Shown here: piece after piece, positions 26,479 through 34,933 of the stretch
How the letters are laid out: every line of letters begins with the position of its first letter
Numbering within the stretch: the stretch's first letter is position 1
Assembly: GCA_045544855.1 (NCBI GenBank)
Contig: JAZPZV010000020.1
Span: 21,484 to 85,483, forward strand
Reading direction: 5' to 3'
Length of the DNA: 64,000 bases
Origin: Eubacteriales bacterium
GTDB taxonomy: Bacteria > Bacillota > Clostridia > Oscillospirales > CAG-382
Made by a program: the position numbers and the translations under genes
The notes under the pieces: generated by a model
What the model saw: only the letters and a program-made list of their open reading frames with translations
Databases searched by the model: none
Told to the model about the DNA's origin: nothing

Positions 26479-26507
26479 TTTACTTTTAGCAAAATGTGTG
26501 GTATGAT
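26479..26507 (+). promoter_or_regulatory. Promoter module copy P2 (TTTACT-17-TATGAT)
   Basis: CCTCTTTACTTTT...TGTGGTATGAT, 49 nt upstream of the ATG at 26556. Confidence 0.6.
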
Positions 26508-26555
26508 GATACAAATTCGTATCGACCAACTTGAGAGCAAACGAGGGTATAAGAA

Positions 26556-27161
26556 ATGAAAATAGATGGCTGCGTAACAGACGGAAGCGGTGCGCCCATA
26601 GCAAATGCGCTGGTTGAAATAAAAGGAGAATCCTTCGATACGCTTTTCAGCACGGAAAGCAACGAAGACGGCTATTACATGCTGGACATCCCGGCAGGTC
26701 GATACCCTTTTTTGACAGCAGTGAAGGACTACGGAATCAACTATTTGGAATACTGGTGCCAGAATATTTCCCTGCAAGCTGACATGTCGTTGAACGTGAG
26801 CTTCGACAAATTGGAGATCTACGGATTGCACGTATTTTCTGTCAAAGGCGCCGGTAATAGCCTGATGGCATATTTCAGACCCATGAGTTTGCCTAAATTC
26901 CGGCAAGGGTTGCAAGATATTGCGCCGGAGAACCTTGTGATCAAAGCAAGCATCGACGGGCAGGAAAGACCCGTTATCCATACGAATCCGGTTAAGGAGC
27001 TTACGGAAGGTCTTGAATTGTCCGCATACCTGATCCAGGTTGAAACAAGTGGGCGCGATATTCCTTGGCACAAGTTTGATCTGCAAATCACAGACGCCGA
27101 TCGTCATTACGGTGCGGCAACAATTTTTAATCAAGACGTTCAGCAGTGTGGGAATGTGTAA
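26556..27161 (+). CDS. Carboxypeptidase-regulatory-like (CarboxypepD_reg) domain protein
   Basis: N-terminus KIDGCVTDGSGAPIANALVEIKGESFDTLFSTESNEDGYYMLDIPAGRY is typical of the beta-sandwich fold. Low-GC gene. Confidence 0.6.
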   Translation: MKIDGCVTDGSGAPIANALVEIKGESFDTLFSTESNEDGYYMLDIPAGRYPFLTAVKDYGINYLEYWCQNISLQADMSLNVSFDKLEIYGLHVFSVKGAGNSLMAYFRPMSLPKFRQGLQDIAPENLVIKASIDGQERPVIHTNPVKELTEGLELSAYLIQVETSGRDIPWHKFDLQITDADRHYGAATIFNQDVQQCGNV

Positions 27162-27198
27162 TCGTTAGAGGAATTTGAAGTTGACGGAGGTATCGCAG

Positions 27199-27546
27199 AT
27201 GACAATCGGAGAAGTAAGTTTATATACGAATGACGTGGTAACCTTGGCAAATTTCTATAAGCAACTGTTCGATATTGATAATCAAAGCAACGATACCGTG
27301 CATCAGGTTATCATATCCGAGGGAACGTCGTTTACAATTTACAATGATGGTTCCCGCAAGAATAACAATAATCAGAATATCAGATTAGCATTTACTGTAG
27401 ACGATATCCACGCAGAATACCAAAAGCTCCTGACACTCGGCGTTGAGATCATTGAAAAACCCACTAAGCGACCTTGGGGAGCGACGAATATGAGTTTTTA
27501 CGATCCCGATAGAAATATAATCTATTTCAGAAGTTTCACTACCTAA
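27199..27546 (+). CDS. VOC-family (glyoxalase/bleomycin-resistance) protein
   Basis: GGAGG 8 nt upstream of the ATG. The 115-aa sequence ends KPTKRPWGATNMSFYDPDRNIIYF. Confidence 0.8.
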   Translation: MTIGEVSLYTNDVVTLANFYKQLFDIDNQSNDTVHQVIISEGTSFTIYNDGSRKNNNNQNIRLAFTVDDIHAEYQKLLTLGVEIIEKPTKRPWGATNMSFYDPDRNIIYFRSFTT

Positions 27547-27567
27547 CAAAGTCCAATTTGACAAGCG

Positions 27568-27597
27568 GCACTCACGTTTGTGGGTGCTGTTTTTTTA
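27568..27597 (+). terminator. Terminator hairpin, copy 2 of an identical pair
   Basis: GCACTCAC-gttt-GTGGGTGC followed by TGTTTTTTT. Confidence 0.7.
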
Positions 27598-27763
27598 CGG
27601 GCGATTCGTGAATCGCCCCTACGGGCACGACTTGGGAAAGGCGAAGCTCCCTGCGGGAGATGCTCCCTTCGGGAGCGGAACGTGCTTTCGGTCTTTTGCA
27701 CCCACGGCTTTGTCGAGGAGCAAAGGGTTCCCCTTTTTGTAGGGGCGATTCACGAATCGCCCG
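27598..27763. mobile_element. 166-bp MITE-like element bounded by perfect 25-bp inverted repeats
   Basis: CGGGCGATTCGTGAATCGCCCCTAC (27598-27622) is the exact reverse complement of GTAGGGGCGATTCACGAATCGCCCG (27739-27763). The core holds CTCCC-TGC-GGGAG and GCTCCC-TTC-GGGAGC hairpins. Confidence 0.55.
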
Positions 27764-27788
27764 CGTGGGGAACAAGATGAATTTTCTC

Positions 27789-27817
27789 TTTACTTTTTGA
27801 GAAAAGCATGGTACAAT
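27789..27817 (+). promoter_or_regulatory. Promoter module copy P3 (TTTACT-17-TACAAT)
   Basis: GAATTTTCTCTTTACTTTTT...ATGGTACAAT. Directly follows the 25-nt palindrome, as in P4. Confidence 0.6.
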
Positions 27818-27845
27818 TACAATACAAATACTAAGGAGGAGCGTT

Positions 27846-28763
27846 ATGGGAACATACGTAAGCACGGGCAGATCTTTTGAGTTGCCATTCAGAAGTATTC
27901 TGCACAAGAATGCGTTTGCGCCGACGGACAAGGATGAAACGATCATTGAAGCGTTGGCAAATGCCAATTTGAGCCATATTCAGACCACAAAAACTCCTTC
28001 GGAAAATGAATTGAAAATTTTGAATGAAATATTCAAACGCAATCCGAATATCGCTTTCAGAGAGTACAGCTTATCCTTCAAAAGCGTTGACGTTGCGTAT
28101 TTAGCGAAGCTAACGCATTTGAAATCGCTTTACTTGGATATATACAGCGAAATAGAAAACCTTGACGTTATAGAGAAGCTGAATTTGGATTACCTATCAT
28201 TGCATTGCTTTCATCTGAAGGACTATGAATTTTTGCGAAACGTAAGCTCGTCCATCAAAGGATTGACAATCGATTTGGAAGACAAGACTTACAGGATGGA
28301 CATCAACCACATTCTCCATATGACGGAGCTTGAATCCTTGGCCATTCGAAACGTAAAGAAAGGTCTTGATCAAATCGGCAAATTCGAAAATCTCAAAGCG
28401 CTATATCTGAGATCGATCGGCATAAAAGAGTATGGCTTTTTAAGAGAAATGAATGTCAAAAAAATATATCTCAGCTTTCAGAACGCCGCGTACTTTGATA
28501 CGTTTGGGATCAACGAAACCATTGAAGAAGTCAGTCTGTGGATGAACAAGAGTTTGACCGATCTGAGCTTTTTGCTTCAGTTCCCCAATTTGAAGAGGGT
28601 CATTATCTCCAACCAAAAGAAAGTGGAGTTTATCCCGGATCTAACGGGACTGACAAAGCTTGAAGAGATCTATTTTTTGGAAAAGGATGCCGAAGAGGTT
28701 CGCAAGCACTGTAATCCCAACGTTAAGATCCACTCGCACTACAATCCGGCCGATATTAGCTGA
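27846..28763 (+). CDS. Leucine-rich-repeat protein without signal peptide, low GC
   Basis: AAGGAGGA RBS. Repeats of the type L..L..L.L... (LTHLKSLYLDIYS, LNLDYLSLHCFHL, FENLKALYLRSIG, FPNLKRVIISN). Confidence 0.75.
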   Translation: MGTYVSTGRSFELPFRSILHKNAFAPTDKDETIIEALANANLSHIQTTKTPSENELKILNEIFKRNPNIAFREYSLSFKSVDVAYLAKLTHLKSLYLDIYSEIENLDVIEKLNLDYLSLHCFHLKDYEFLRNVSSSIKGLTIDLEDKTYRMDINHILHMTELESLAIRNVKKGLDQIGKFENLKALYLRSIGIKEYGFLREMNVKKIYLSFQNAAYFDTFGINETIEEVSLWMNKSLTDLSFLLQFPNLKRVIISNQKKVEFIPDLTGLTKLEEIYFLEKDAEEVRKHCNPNVKIHSHYNPADIS

Positions 28764-28913
28764 AGAGACCTCATTCCGAGCGGGCGTATAGCTTAATACC
28801 ATGCACAGCGATACACCGTCATGGGTTGAAAAAGAATTTCTCGCTTTTTTGTGAGGAATTTCCGCTTTTCGGTTGTATAATGGGTAGACGAAAACGGAAA
28901 AGAGGGTGTTTTT

Positions 28914-29792
28914 ATGAAGAAGATCATATCTTTCCTACTTGCCCTTCTGCTGGGGATCACTGCTTTGGCGGGGTGCGGGCAGACGCAATCGGAGCGCTCC
29001 ACGGGGGAACCATCCGCCGAGCCTCAGGGCTCCCCATACACATACAGCGACTCGGAGATCCGCGCGGGAGAGCAGGTCATCCGCCCCATTCAGACGATTT
29101 TGTGGCGGGAGACCGCAGACAAGGAAGCTCCCGACGGGAAACGGTTTGAGGATCCGGGAGGGGCGTACAAGATCCTGAACGATCCCGCCACCGACGTTGC
29201 CGACTTCCCCAGGATCACCACCTCGGAAGCCTTGACGTTGATCCAGCCCCAAGGGACGGAACAGAACACGCGCCCTTCCATATACGATATGCAGTTCCGG
29301 GAGGTCTATTTCTACGGGATCTGCTGGGAGACCTTGCACACCCTTACCCCCGGTGAATACGTGGTGACCTTTACCCAGCGGAAGGAATACCGCCCCAACA
29401 GCCAGGGGGGCTACGAGGTCTGCTGTTACCAGAACATCTTCGTTCTGGTGGTGGAGGCAGCGGAGATCACCTCCTCTTGCGTGAAGCAGGAGGGCGACGA
29501 GTATTTTGTGATACTGCCCATTTCCGGGGTAGAGCTGAGGGTGAGAGACACCGAAGTTCCCCGCCTTGCTTGGCTGGACGACGAGCTGTTGCGGGCGGCG
29601 GAGGAAAAAATAAGCCAAGAGATGGCGAAATACACCGATTCCCCCTATTTCTATTTGGAAACGGACAGAGAGGGCTATCTTTGCCTGGCTTCCGAGGAGA
29701 TCGTTTACTTCGACGGCTCCGAGGATGAAGCGGATAGCGGCGGTTGCGGCGACCACAAGCACGTCTTCGCCAGCGAAAGGATCATGAAGTAA
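28914..29792 (+). CDS. Lipoprotein, unknown function
   Basis: MKKIISFLLALLLGITALAGC lipobox. High-GC codon usage resumes here. Confidence 0.7.
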   Translation: MKKIISFLLALLLGITALAGCGQTQSERSTGEPSAEPQGSPYTYSDSEIRAGEQVIRPIQTILWRETADKEAPDGKRFEDPGGAYKILNDPATDVADFPRITTSEALTLIQPQGTEQNTRPSIYDMQFREVYFYGICWETLHTLTPGEYVVTFTQRKEYRPNSQGGYEVCCYQNIFVLVVEAAEITSSCVKQEGDEYFVILPISGVELRVRDTEVPRLAWLDDELLRAAEEKISQEMAKYTDSPYFYLETDREGYLCLASEEIVYFDGSEDEADSGGCGDHKHVFASERIMK

Positions 29793-29809
29793 AGCACGGG
29801 AGGCCAAGT

Positions 29810-30244
29810 ATGGTCAGAGAGATCAGAGAAAATGAATTGCAGGCCCTGTTGGAATTGTATTTGTTCTTGCACGAGACGGAGGTGCCGGAGATGACGGACC
29901 GTCTGCGGGAGACCTGGGAGGCCATTCTGGCGGATCCCAACCATCATATCATCGTGAAGGAAGCGGATGGAAAGCTCGTTTCCTCCTGCGTTTGCGTGGT
30001 GATCCCCAATCTGACCAGGGGTGTGTGTCCTTACGCCTTTGTGGAAAACGTGGTGACCCACGGAGATTTCCGCGGCAAGGGCTACGCCACGGAGTGTTTG
30101 GCCTACGCAAAAAAGCTCGCAGAGGCGGCAGGGTGCTACAAAATGATGTTGCTCACCGGCTCCAAGGAGGATTCCACGCTGGATTTCTACCGCCGTGCAG
30201 GGTACAATTCCGAGGACAAGACGGCCTTCGTGCAGTGGCTTTGA
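29810..30244 (+). CDS. GNAT-family N-acetyltransferase
   Basis: ATG at 29810. Acetyl-CoA motif FRGKGYATECLAYA. Confidence 0.85.
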   Translation: MVREIRENELQALLELYLFLHETEVPEMTDRLRETWEAILADPNHHIIVKEADGKLVSSCVCVVIPNLTRGVCPYAFVENVVTHGDFRGKGYATECLAYAKKLAEAAGCYKMMLLTGSKEDSTLDFYRRAGYNSEDKTAFVQWL

Positions 30245-30257
30245 AAAAAGGCTTTGA

Positions 30258-30288
30258 CAGCATCCGTGAAAAGCGGGTGCTGTTTTTT
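30258..30288 (+). terminator. Rho-independent terminator
   Basis: CAGCATCCG-tgaaaag-CGGGTGCTG followed by TTTTTT. Confidence 0.75.
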
Positions 30289-30313
30289 GTAGGGGCGATT
30301 CACGAATCGCCCG
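30289..30313. repeat. Third identical copy of the 25-nt palindrome GTAGGGGCGATTCACGAATCGCCCG
   Basis: Identical to 27739-27763. Produces the spurious IHESP/IRESP peptides in the ORF track. Confidence 0.9.
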
Positions 30314-30334
30314 GATAAGGACGAATTTTTCCTC

Positions 30335-30363
30335 TTTACTTTTTCCCCTTTTTGTGGTATGAT
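30335..30363 (+). promoter_or_regulatory. Promoter module copy P4 (TTTACT-17-TATGAT)
   Basis: GAATTTTTCCTCTTTACTTTTT...TGTGGTATGAT. Confidence 0.6.
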
Positions 30364-30394
30364 CAAGAAAGCAACGGAAAGAGAGTACAGACCA

Positions 30395-30838
30395 ATGACA
30401 GAGACGCCCATCATCAGAAAAATGGAAGAACAAGACAGGCAAAGCGTACTGGAGATGATGCGCATGTTTTACGCCTCCCCTGCCGTTTCCACAAACGGAT
30501 CGGAGGAGATCTTCCAAACGGACATCGACTGCTGTGTAGAAGGCTCTCCTTATCTGGAGGGATACGTGTTCTTGCAGGCGGGCGAGGTGGCAGGCTACGG
30601 GATGCTGGCAAAAAGCTTTTCCACCGAGTTCGGAAAGAGATGCATCTGGATCGAGGATCTGTACGTGAAGGAAGCCTTTCGGGGTCTGGGCTTGGGCAGT
30701 GCGTTTTTGCGGTTTGCAGAAACGGCTTACCCCGACGCTTTGTTGCGTTTGGAGGTAGAAGAAGACAACGAGAGGGCTTTGCACGTCTACAAAAAGGGCG
30801 GGTTTACCCTTTTGCCCTATATGGAAATGAAGAAATAA
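30395..30838 (+). CDS. GNAT-family N-acetyltransferase
   Basis: Start moved to the ATG at 30395, because the track start at 30359 lies inside the -10 box of P4. Motif FRGLGLGSAFLRFA. Confidence 0.8.
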   Translation: MTETPIIRKMEEQDRQSVLEMMRMFYASPAVSTNGSEEIFQTDIDCCVEGSPYLEGYVFLQAGEVAGYGMLAKSFSTEFGKRCIWIEDLYVKEAFRGLGLGSAFLRFAETAYPDALLRLEVEEDNERALHVYKKGGFTLLPYMEMKK

Positions 30839-30936
30839 GACTCCACCTGCGGTTGAGTTCTCCCCTATTCAACCTACGGTGTGTAGACTTTGGTGAAAAA
30901 GACGGGTATACTGCATAGCGAAAGGAGGCCGAGACA

Positions 30937-31548
30937 ATGGATCAATTGAAGATCGGTAAATTCATTGCAGAACAAAGAAAGAAAAACGACTTGACCCAGA
31001 TGCAATTGGCGGAAAAGCTGAACATCACGGACAGAGCGGTTTCCAAATGGGAAAACGGGAAGGCGATGCCCGACGTTGCCACCATTCCCGCGCTGTGCGA
31101 TATTCTGGGCGTCACCATCAACGATCTATTTACAGGGGAGGTAGTATCTGTGGAGAACTACGACAAGAAAATGGAAAACAATTTAATGGAAATGGCACAG
31201 GAGCTGGAGCGAAAAAACAAAACGGTCTGGAGATCCATGTGGATCATTCTGTGGCTCAGCATGGCGGCATTGCTGGCGGGCTGCCTGGCCGTGGCGTATT
31301 ATATCCCCGAGGAAATCTGGCAGGTCGTGGCGGTTTTAGGGCTCGGCGTGGTATTCCTGATCCCTTGCTTCTACGCATTGAAGCTGGAGATCAGCGTGGG
31401 CGCTTACAAGTGCAAGAAATGCGGCCACGAGATCGTGCCTACCTATTCCCAGGCGTTGAACGCCATGCATATGGGCACCACCCGTTACCTGAAGTGTCCT
31501 TCCTGCGGCAAACGCAGATGGTGCAAAAAGGTTTTGAAAAAGAGCTGA
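30937..31548 (+). CDS. XRE-family HTH regulator with two TM helices and a C-terminal CxxC...CxxC zinc ribbon
   Basis: LTQMQLAEKLNITDRAVSKWENGKAMP HTH, two hydrophobic helices, then CKKCGHE....CPSCGKR. Confidence 0.8.
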   Translation: MDQLKIGKFIAEQRKKNDLTQMQLAEKLNITDRAVSKWENGKAMPDVATIPALCDILGVTINDLFTGEVVSVENYDKKMENNLMEMAQELERKNKTVWRSMWIILWLSMAALLAGCLAVAYYIPEEIWQVVAVLGLGVVFLIPCFYALKLEISVGAYKCKKCGHEIVPTYSQALNAMHMGTTRYLKCPSCGKRRWCKKVLKKS

Positions 31549-31565
31549 AAAACGGTTAAAGCCAC

Positions 31566-31594
31566 AGCGGGAGCGAAATGCTCCCGCTTTTTTG
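31566..31594 (+). terminator. Rho-independent terminator
   Basis: AGCGGGAGC-gaaat-GCTCCCGCT followed by TTTTT. Confidence 0.8.
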
Positions 31595-31671
31595 TTTACA
31601 ATTGAAATTCTTGACAGAATGGAAAATGCGTGGTATACTGAAAAGGAGAAAAACCACGGGAGGAACGGTGT

Positions 31672-32214
31672 ATGAGAAACAAATCGCCTTACGAGCTCTT
31701 CAGGACGGGACAGTGGTCCTTATTGGGGGTATTGGCGGTGACGGCCATTAATATTGTATTGGCCGCTTTTTCCGTGTCGCTGTACTTCCCTTTTTCCGCC
31801 TGCATTCCCAGAGACCTCATTCTGTGGGGGGCGAAGACCGGTGGAAGCTGGGCTTCCCTGGGGGTGGTTGGCGCCATTCTCGTTTTCTTCTGCTTCCTTG
31901 CCTGTGAGATTTTGGTGCTGAGGCAGGAAAAGCTCCCCGCCTTCCGTTTGGCCTTTGGGCTTTACGCCGCAGACAGCTTGGTGTATCTGGTGTTTGCGTT
32001 GCCGGAGATCACCCAGCACGGTTTTGGCATCATGTCCATCACCGAGGTGTTGTTGCGGTGGTTCATTCTCACCGCCCTTTACCGTGCGGACAAGGTCTGG
32101 CTGGACCCCCAAAGAAAGAACCCTGCCTTCCGTGTGGAGCCTCCCGCAAAAAAGGAAAAGCCCGAGCCTCGTCCCCAAGACGACGATGATGAAGACGAAG
32201 GGATCCAATGGTAA
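31672..32214 (+). CDS. Membrane protein with acidic C-terminus
   Basis: Four hydrophobic helices, tail PQDDDDEDEG. Promoter TTGACA...TGGTATACT at 31611-31639. Confidence 0.6.
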   Translation: MRNKSPYELFRTGQWSLLGVLAVTAINIVLAAFSVSLYFPFSACIPRDLILWGAKTGGSWASLGVVGAILVFFCFLACEILVLRQEKLPAFRLAFGLYAADSLVYLVFALPEITQHGFGIMSITEVLLRWFILTALYRADKVWLDPQRKNPAFRVEPPAKKEKPEPRPQDDDDEDEGIQW

Positions 32215-32246
32215 TTTTAGTTATCAAAAATGAAAGGAATAAAACC

Positions 32247-33200
32247 ATGAAACGCATTCTTCTTTTACTCCTTGCCACCGTTCTTTTGCTTGCTTCCTGC
32301 GGGGAAGCGGCACCTGCACCCAACGAAAGTTCTGCGGAAAACTCTTTGGAAAGCTCCGTGGCAGAATCCTCCACCGAGGAGAGCGCAGGCGGGGATACCA
32401 TTCCTCCCGCTTTTGTGAACGCCAAGAACGGCAAGCTTCCTTCCGTCTCCCACGATGCGGGAAGTGCTGTGGATCTGCTGGAAGGCGTGGAGGCGATGGA
32501 TAACGTCACCGCCGCCGAGGACTTGCAGATCGCCATCACGAACGAGGGCGGGTATGATCCCGATATTCCCGGCACTTATACCGTCACCGTTGCCGTCACC
32601 GACGAAGCGGGCAACAAGGCAGAGGCCACTGTTGAGGTCACCGTGCGCCCCGTATACGAAAAGATCACCCTCACCCTGGGCGGGGAGATCCCCTATCGTC
32701 TCAACGATACCTCCGCTTTGGTGTACACCTCCTCCGGCACCTCCTTCCGCACGGCGGACGTGATCCAGGTGATGGACAAGGACTTCTTCCTGGAAGAATA
32801 CAACGCTCACAAGGCAGAACATACCAACAACGGCACCGTTCCCTTCTTCCCCAACGGCGTCATCGTCATCACCGATGAAAACGGACTGATCGTACAGGTA
32901 CGCATCGCCTGCGGTGAGACCATTCAAATCAATGCAGACAACTCCGTGAAGACCTCCGGTCTTTCCTGGACCAACTCCATCGACGCCACCTCCGGCGGCG
33001 GTATGTTCAAAGGGCTTGCAGCAGAGCTGGACAGCATCATCCCCAACGGCGGGCAGCTGGCCTTCGTGGGCAACCCCGGGGCAGTCCTCTGCCGCACCTT
33101 CCTGATCCAGTCCCTCTTCTCCTCCGACTACGTCAGCGGTGCGTTGGCTTTGAACCAACAAAACATTTACCCCATCGGCGGAACGCTGGTGCTGGAATAA
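32247..33200 (+). CDS. Lipoprotein with Ig-like (DUF5011-type) domain
   Basis: Lipobox LLASCGEAAPAP. PDIPGTYTVTVAVTDEAGNKAEATVEVTV is typical of Ig-like surface domains. Confidence 0.7.
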   Translation: MKRILLLLLATVLLLASCGEAAPAPNESSAENSLESSVAESSTEESAGGDTIPPAFVNAKNGKLPSVSHDAGSAVDLLEGVEAMDNVTAAEDLQIAITNEGGYDPDIPGTYTVTVAVTDEAGNKAEATVEVTVRPVYEKITLTLGGEIPYRLNDTSALVYTSSGTSFRTADVIQVMDKDFFLEEYNAHKAEHTNNGTVPFFPNGVIVITDENGLIVQVRIACGETIQINADNSVKTSGLSWTNSIDATSGGGMFKGLAAELDSIIPNGGQLAFVGNPGAVLCRTFLIQSLFSSDYVSGALALNQQNIYPIGGTLVLE

Positions 33201-33212
33201 AGGAGAGTCCGT

Positions 33213-34535
33213 ATGAAAAAATGGTTTTTGTTTCTACTTTCGGCAGTTTTGCTGTTATCCGCCTGCGGAGAAGCGGCGCCTGCACCCACAGAAAGCAACG
33301 GGGGCGCCTCCTCGGAGCCTCCCGTAAGCACCGAGCCGGATACCGAGCCTCCCGTGTTGCGGATCAACAAGAGCGTTCGCGAGGTGACCATCAAGAAGGG
33401 TGCTACGTTCGATCTGATGCAAGGCGTTACCGCCAAGGATAACGTGGACGGCAAGATCGAGGACCGTGTGGAGATCAACGACGGCGGGTTCGACCCCAAC
33501 GTTCCCGGGGTATACACCATCGGCTATTTCGTTGCCGACTCTGCGGGCAATGCGGCGGAGGCGGTATTCCGCACCATCACCGTGATGGAGACGGAGGCCA
33601 TGGCCGCTCCTCCGCTTTGGGAGGGTGTGATCGAAGGAGAAAAGAAGAATCCCGCCAAGCCCGCTTTGTTCGGCGGCGCCTGGTACTACAAGGTGGTCTC
33701 CTCCAAGGACAAGTGGGTGGGCATTGAAGCCACCGTGACCCTGCCCGAGATCGATATCAACCGCTACAACGGCAGTTACGACGACAGCCTTGCCGCAGAT
33801 CCGGGCGCCAAGAATCTGGACAACCCCTCCGTTTACCTTGGCGGTCACGCACAGACAGAATCCGACGTGGGGCTTTCCTTCTCCAGAGCGCTTACGGACG
33901 TGAAGTCCGGCACTCTCAGCACCGGGAACATCGCCTTCCGTCCCTTCTGGCGGTACATCACCGATGAGGATCAGGACGTGGGCGGTTACGACGCCCACGG
34001 CGGTGAGTACGCCGTTTCCGCCAACGGAAACAACTGCATTGCCAATTATCATTGGAAATACACCGAGTACTATTACCTCCCCGGGGATCAGCTGAGGATC
34101 ATCGTGTTCTCTCCCGAGCCCGGGAAGATGCAGCTGCAGATCGATGTTTTGGCAGTTTCCACCCTGCCCTCCTCCGTGGAGATCCGCGAGAAGTACGGCT
34201 GGAACGCCCCTGCGGATTTCTTGAGCCCCATCTTCACCTCTCCCGGGCAGGGAACGGGAATGGATGCGGAGTTCAAGCGGGTATGTGCCATTGACCAGTC
34301 CGGCAACGAGGGCGGTACGGCCATTGCCACCGAGACCTTGGTGAAGGACGTGATCTGGCACGAGACTTATCTTTACCGCGAGATCGACGGTACGCTTTAC
34401 CGTGTTCCCATGAGCGAGGACAGACGGGCCGCCATCGGTGCGCCCTATGAGGATCGGTTCACCGTCACCCACGAGGGGGTGGACTCCTCCAAGGGCGGCG
34501 AGGTGGTCACCATCCATCCGGGGTATAAGGAGTAA
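33213..34535 (+). CDS. Lipoprotein with Ig-like (DUF5011-type) domain and large unknown C-terminal domain
   Basis: Lipobox LLSACGEAAPAP. PNVPGVYTIGYFVADSAGNAAEAVFRTITV. Confidence 0.7.
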   Translation: MKKWFLFLLSAVLLLSACGEAAPAPTESNGGASSEPPVSTEPDTEPPVLRINKSVREVTIKKGATFDLMQGVTAKDNVDGKIEDRVEINDGGFDPNVPGVYTIGYFVADSAGNAAEAVFRTITVMETEAMAAPPLWEGVIEGEKKNPAKPALFGGAWYYKVVSSKDKWVGIEATVTLPEIDINRYNGSYDDSLAADPGAKNLDNPSVYLGGHAQTESDVGLSFSRALTDVKSGTLSTGNIAFRPFWRYITDEDQDVGGYDAHGGEYAVSANGNNCIANYHWKYTEYYYLPGDQLRIIVFSPEPGKMQLQIDVLAVSTLPSSVEIREKYGWNAPADFLSPIFTSPGQGTGMDAEFKRVCAIDQSGNEGGTAIATETLVKDVIWHETYLYREIDGTLYRVPMSEDRRAAIGAPYEDRFTVTHEGVDSSKGGEVVTIHPGYKE

Positions 34536-34561
34536 GAATACGGGGCAAGAAGGTACGGGGC

Positions 34562-34639
34562 GTTAAGAACCTTTCTTTGAAAAGAAAGGTTCTTAACAAT
34601 CTCCAAAGAAACCTCATTGCCGAAAACTGTCGTTTTCGG
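34562..34639. repeat. Two-module palindromic element (17-bp-arm AAGAACCTTTCTTT palindrome plus CCGAAAAC-N4-GTTTTCGG)
   Basis: Arms 34562-34578/34581-34597 are perfect. The second hairpin is at 34620-34639. Confidence 0.85.
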
Positions 34640-34933
34640 GGGAAATGAAAAAGCCGGTGCAATCTCACTTTCATTGCCTCGGCTTTTATCAATAGGAACC
34701 TCATCCACCGTTTGCGGGGGATGAAGAAGGTTCTTTTCCTGCTTTATACTCCCCGCAACGGTCCTCCTTCCCCAGAGGGGAAGGCAAAAACTCCCTTTCG
34801 GGAGTTGGAAATTGTCGTATGCCCCTGCGGGGCGGAACTAAGATCGTCTATTCTCTCGCCATGATTTATGGCTGTGCACGATTGAACGCTTTTTGCGCAC
34901 GCCGTAGGCGGATGAGGTTCCTTCGCTTTTGAA

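Noticed and set aside
27572-27967. ORFs containing IHESP/IRESP peptides (also 27580-27780, 29705-30784, 29992-30318)
   Set aside because: They are generated by translating the 25-nt palindrome and the adjacent hairpins in both directions. They overlap terminators, promoters and real genes.
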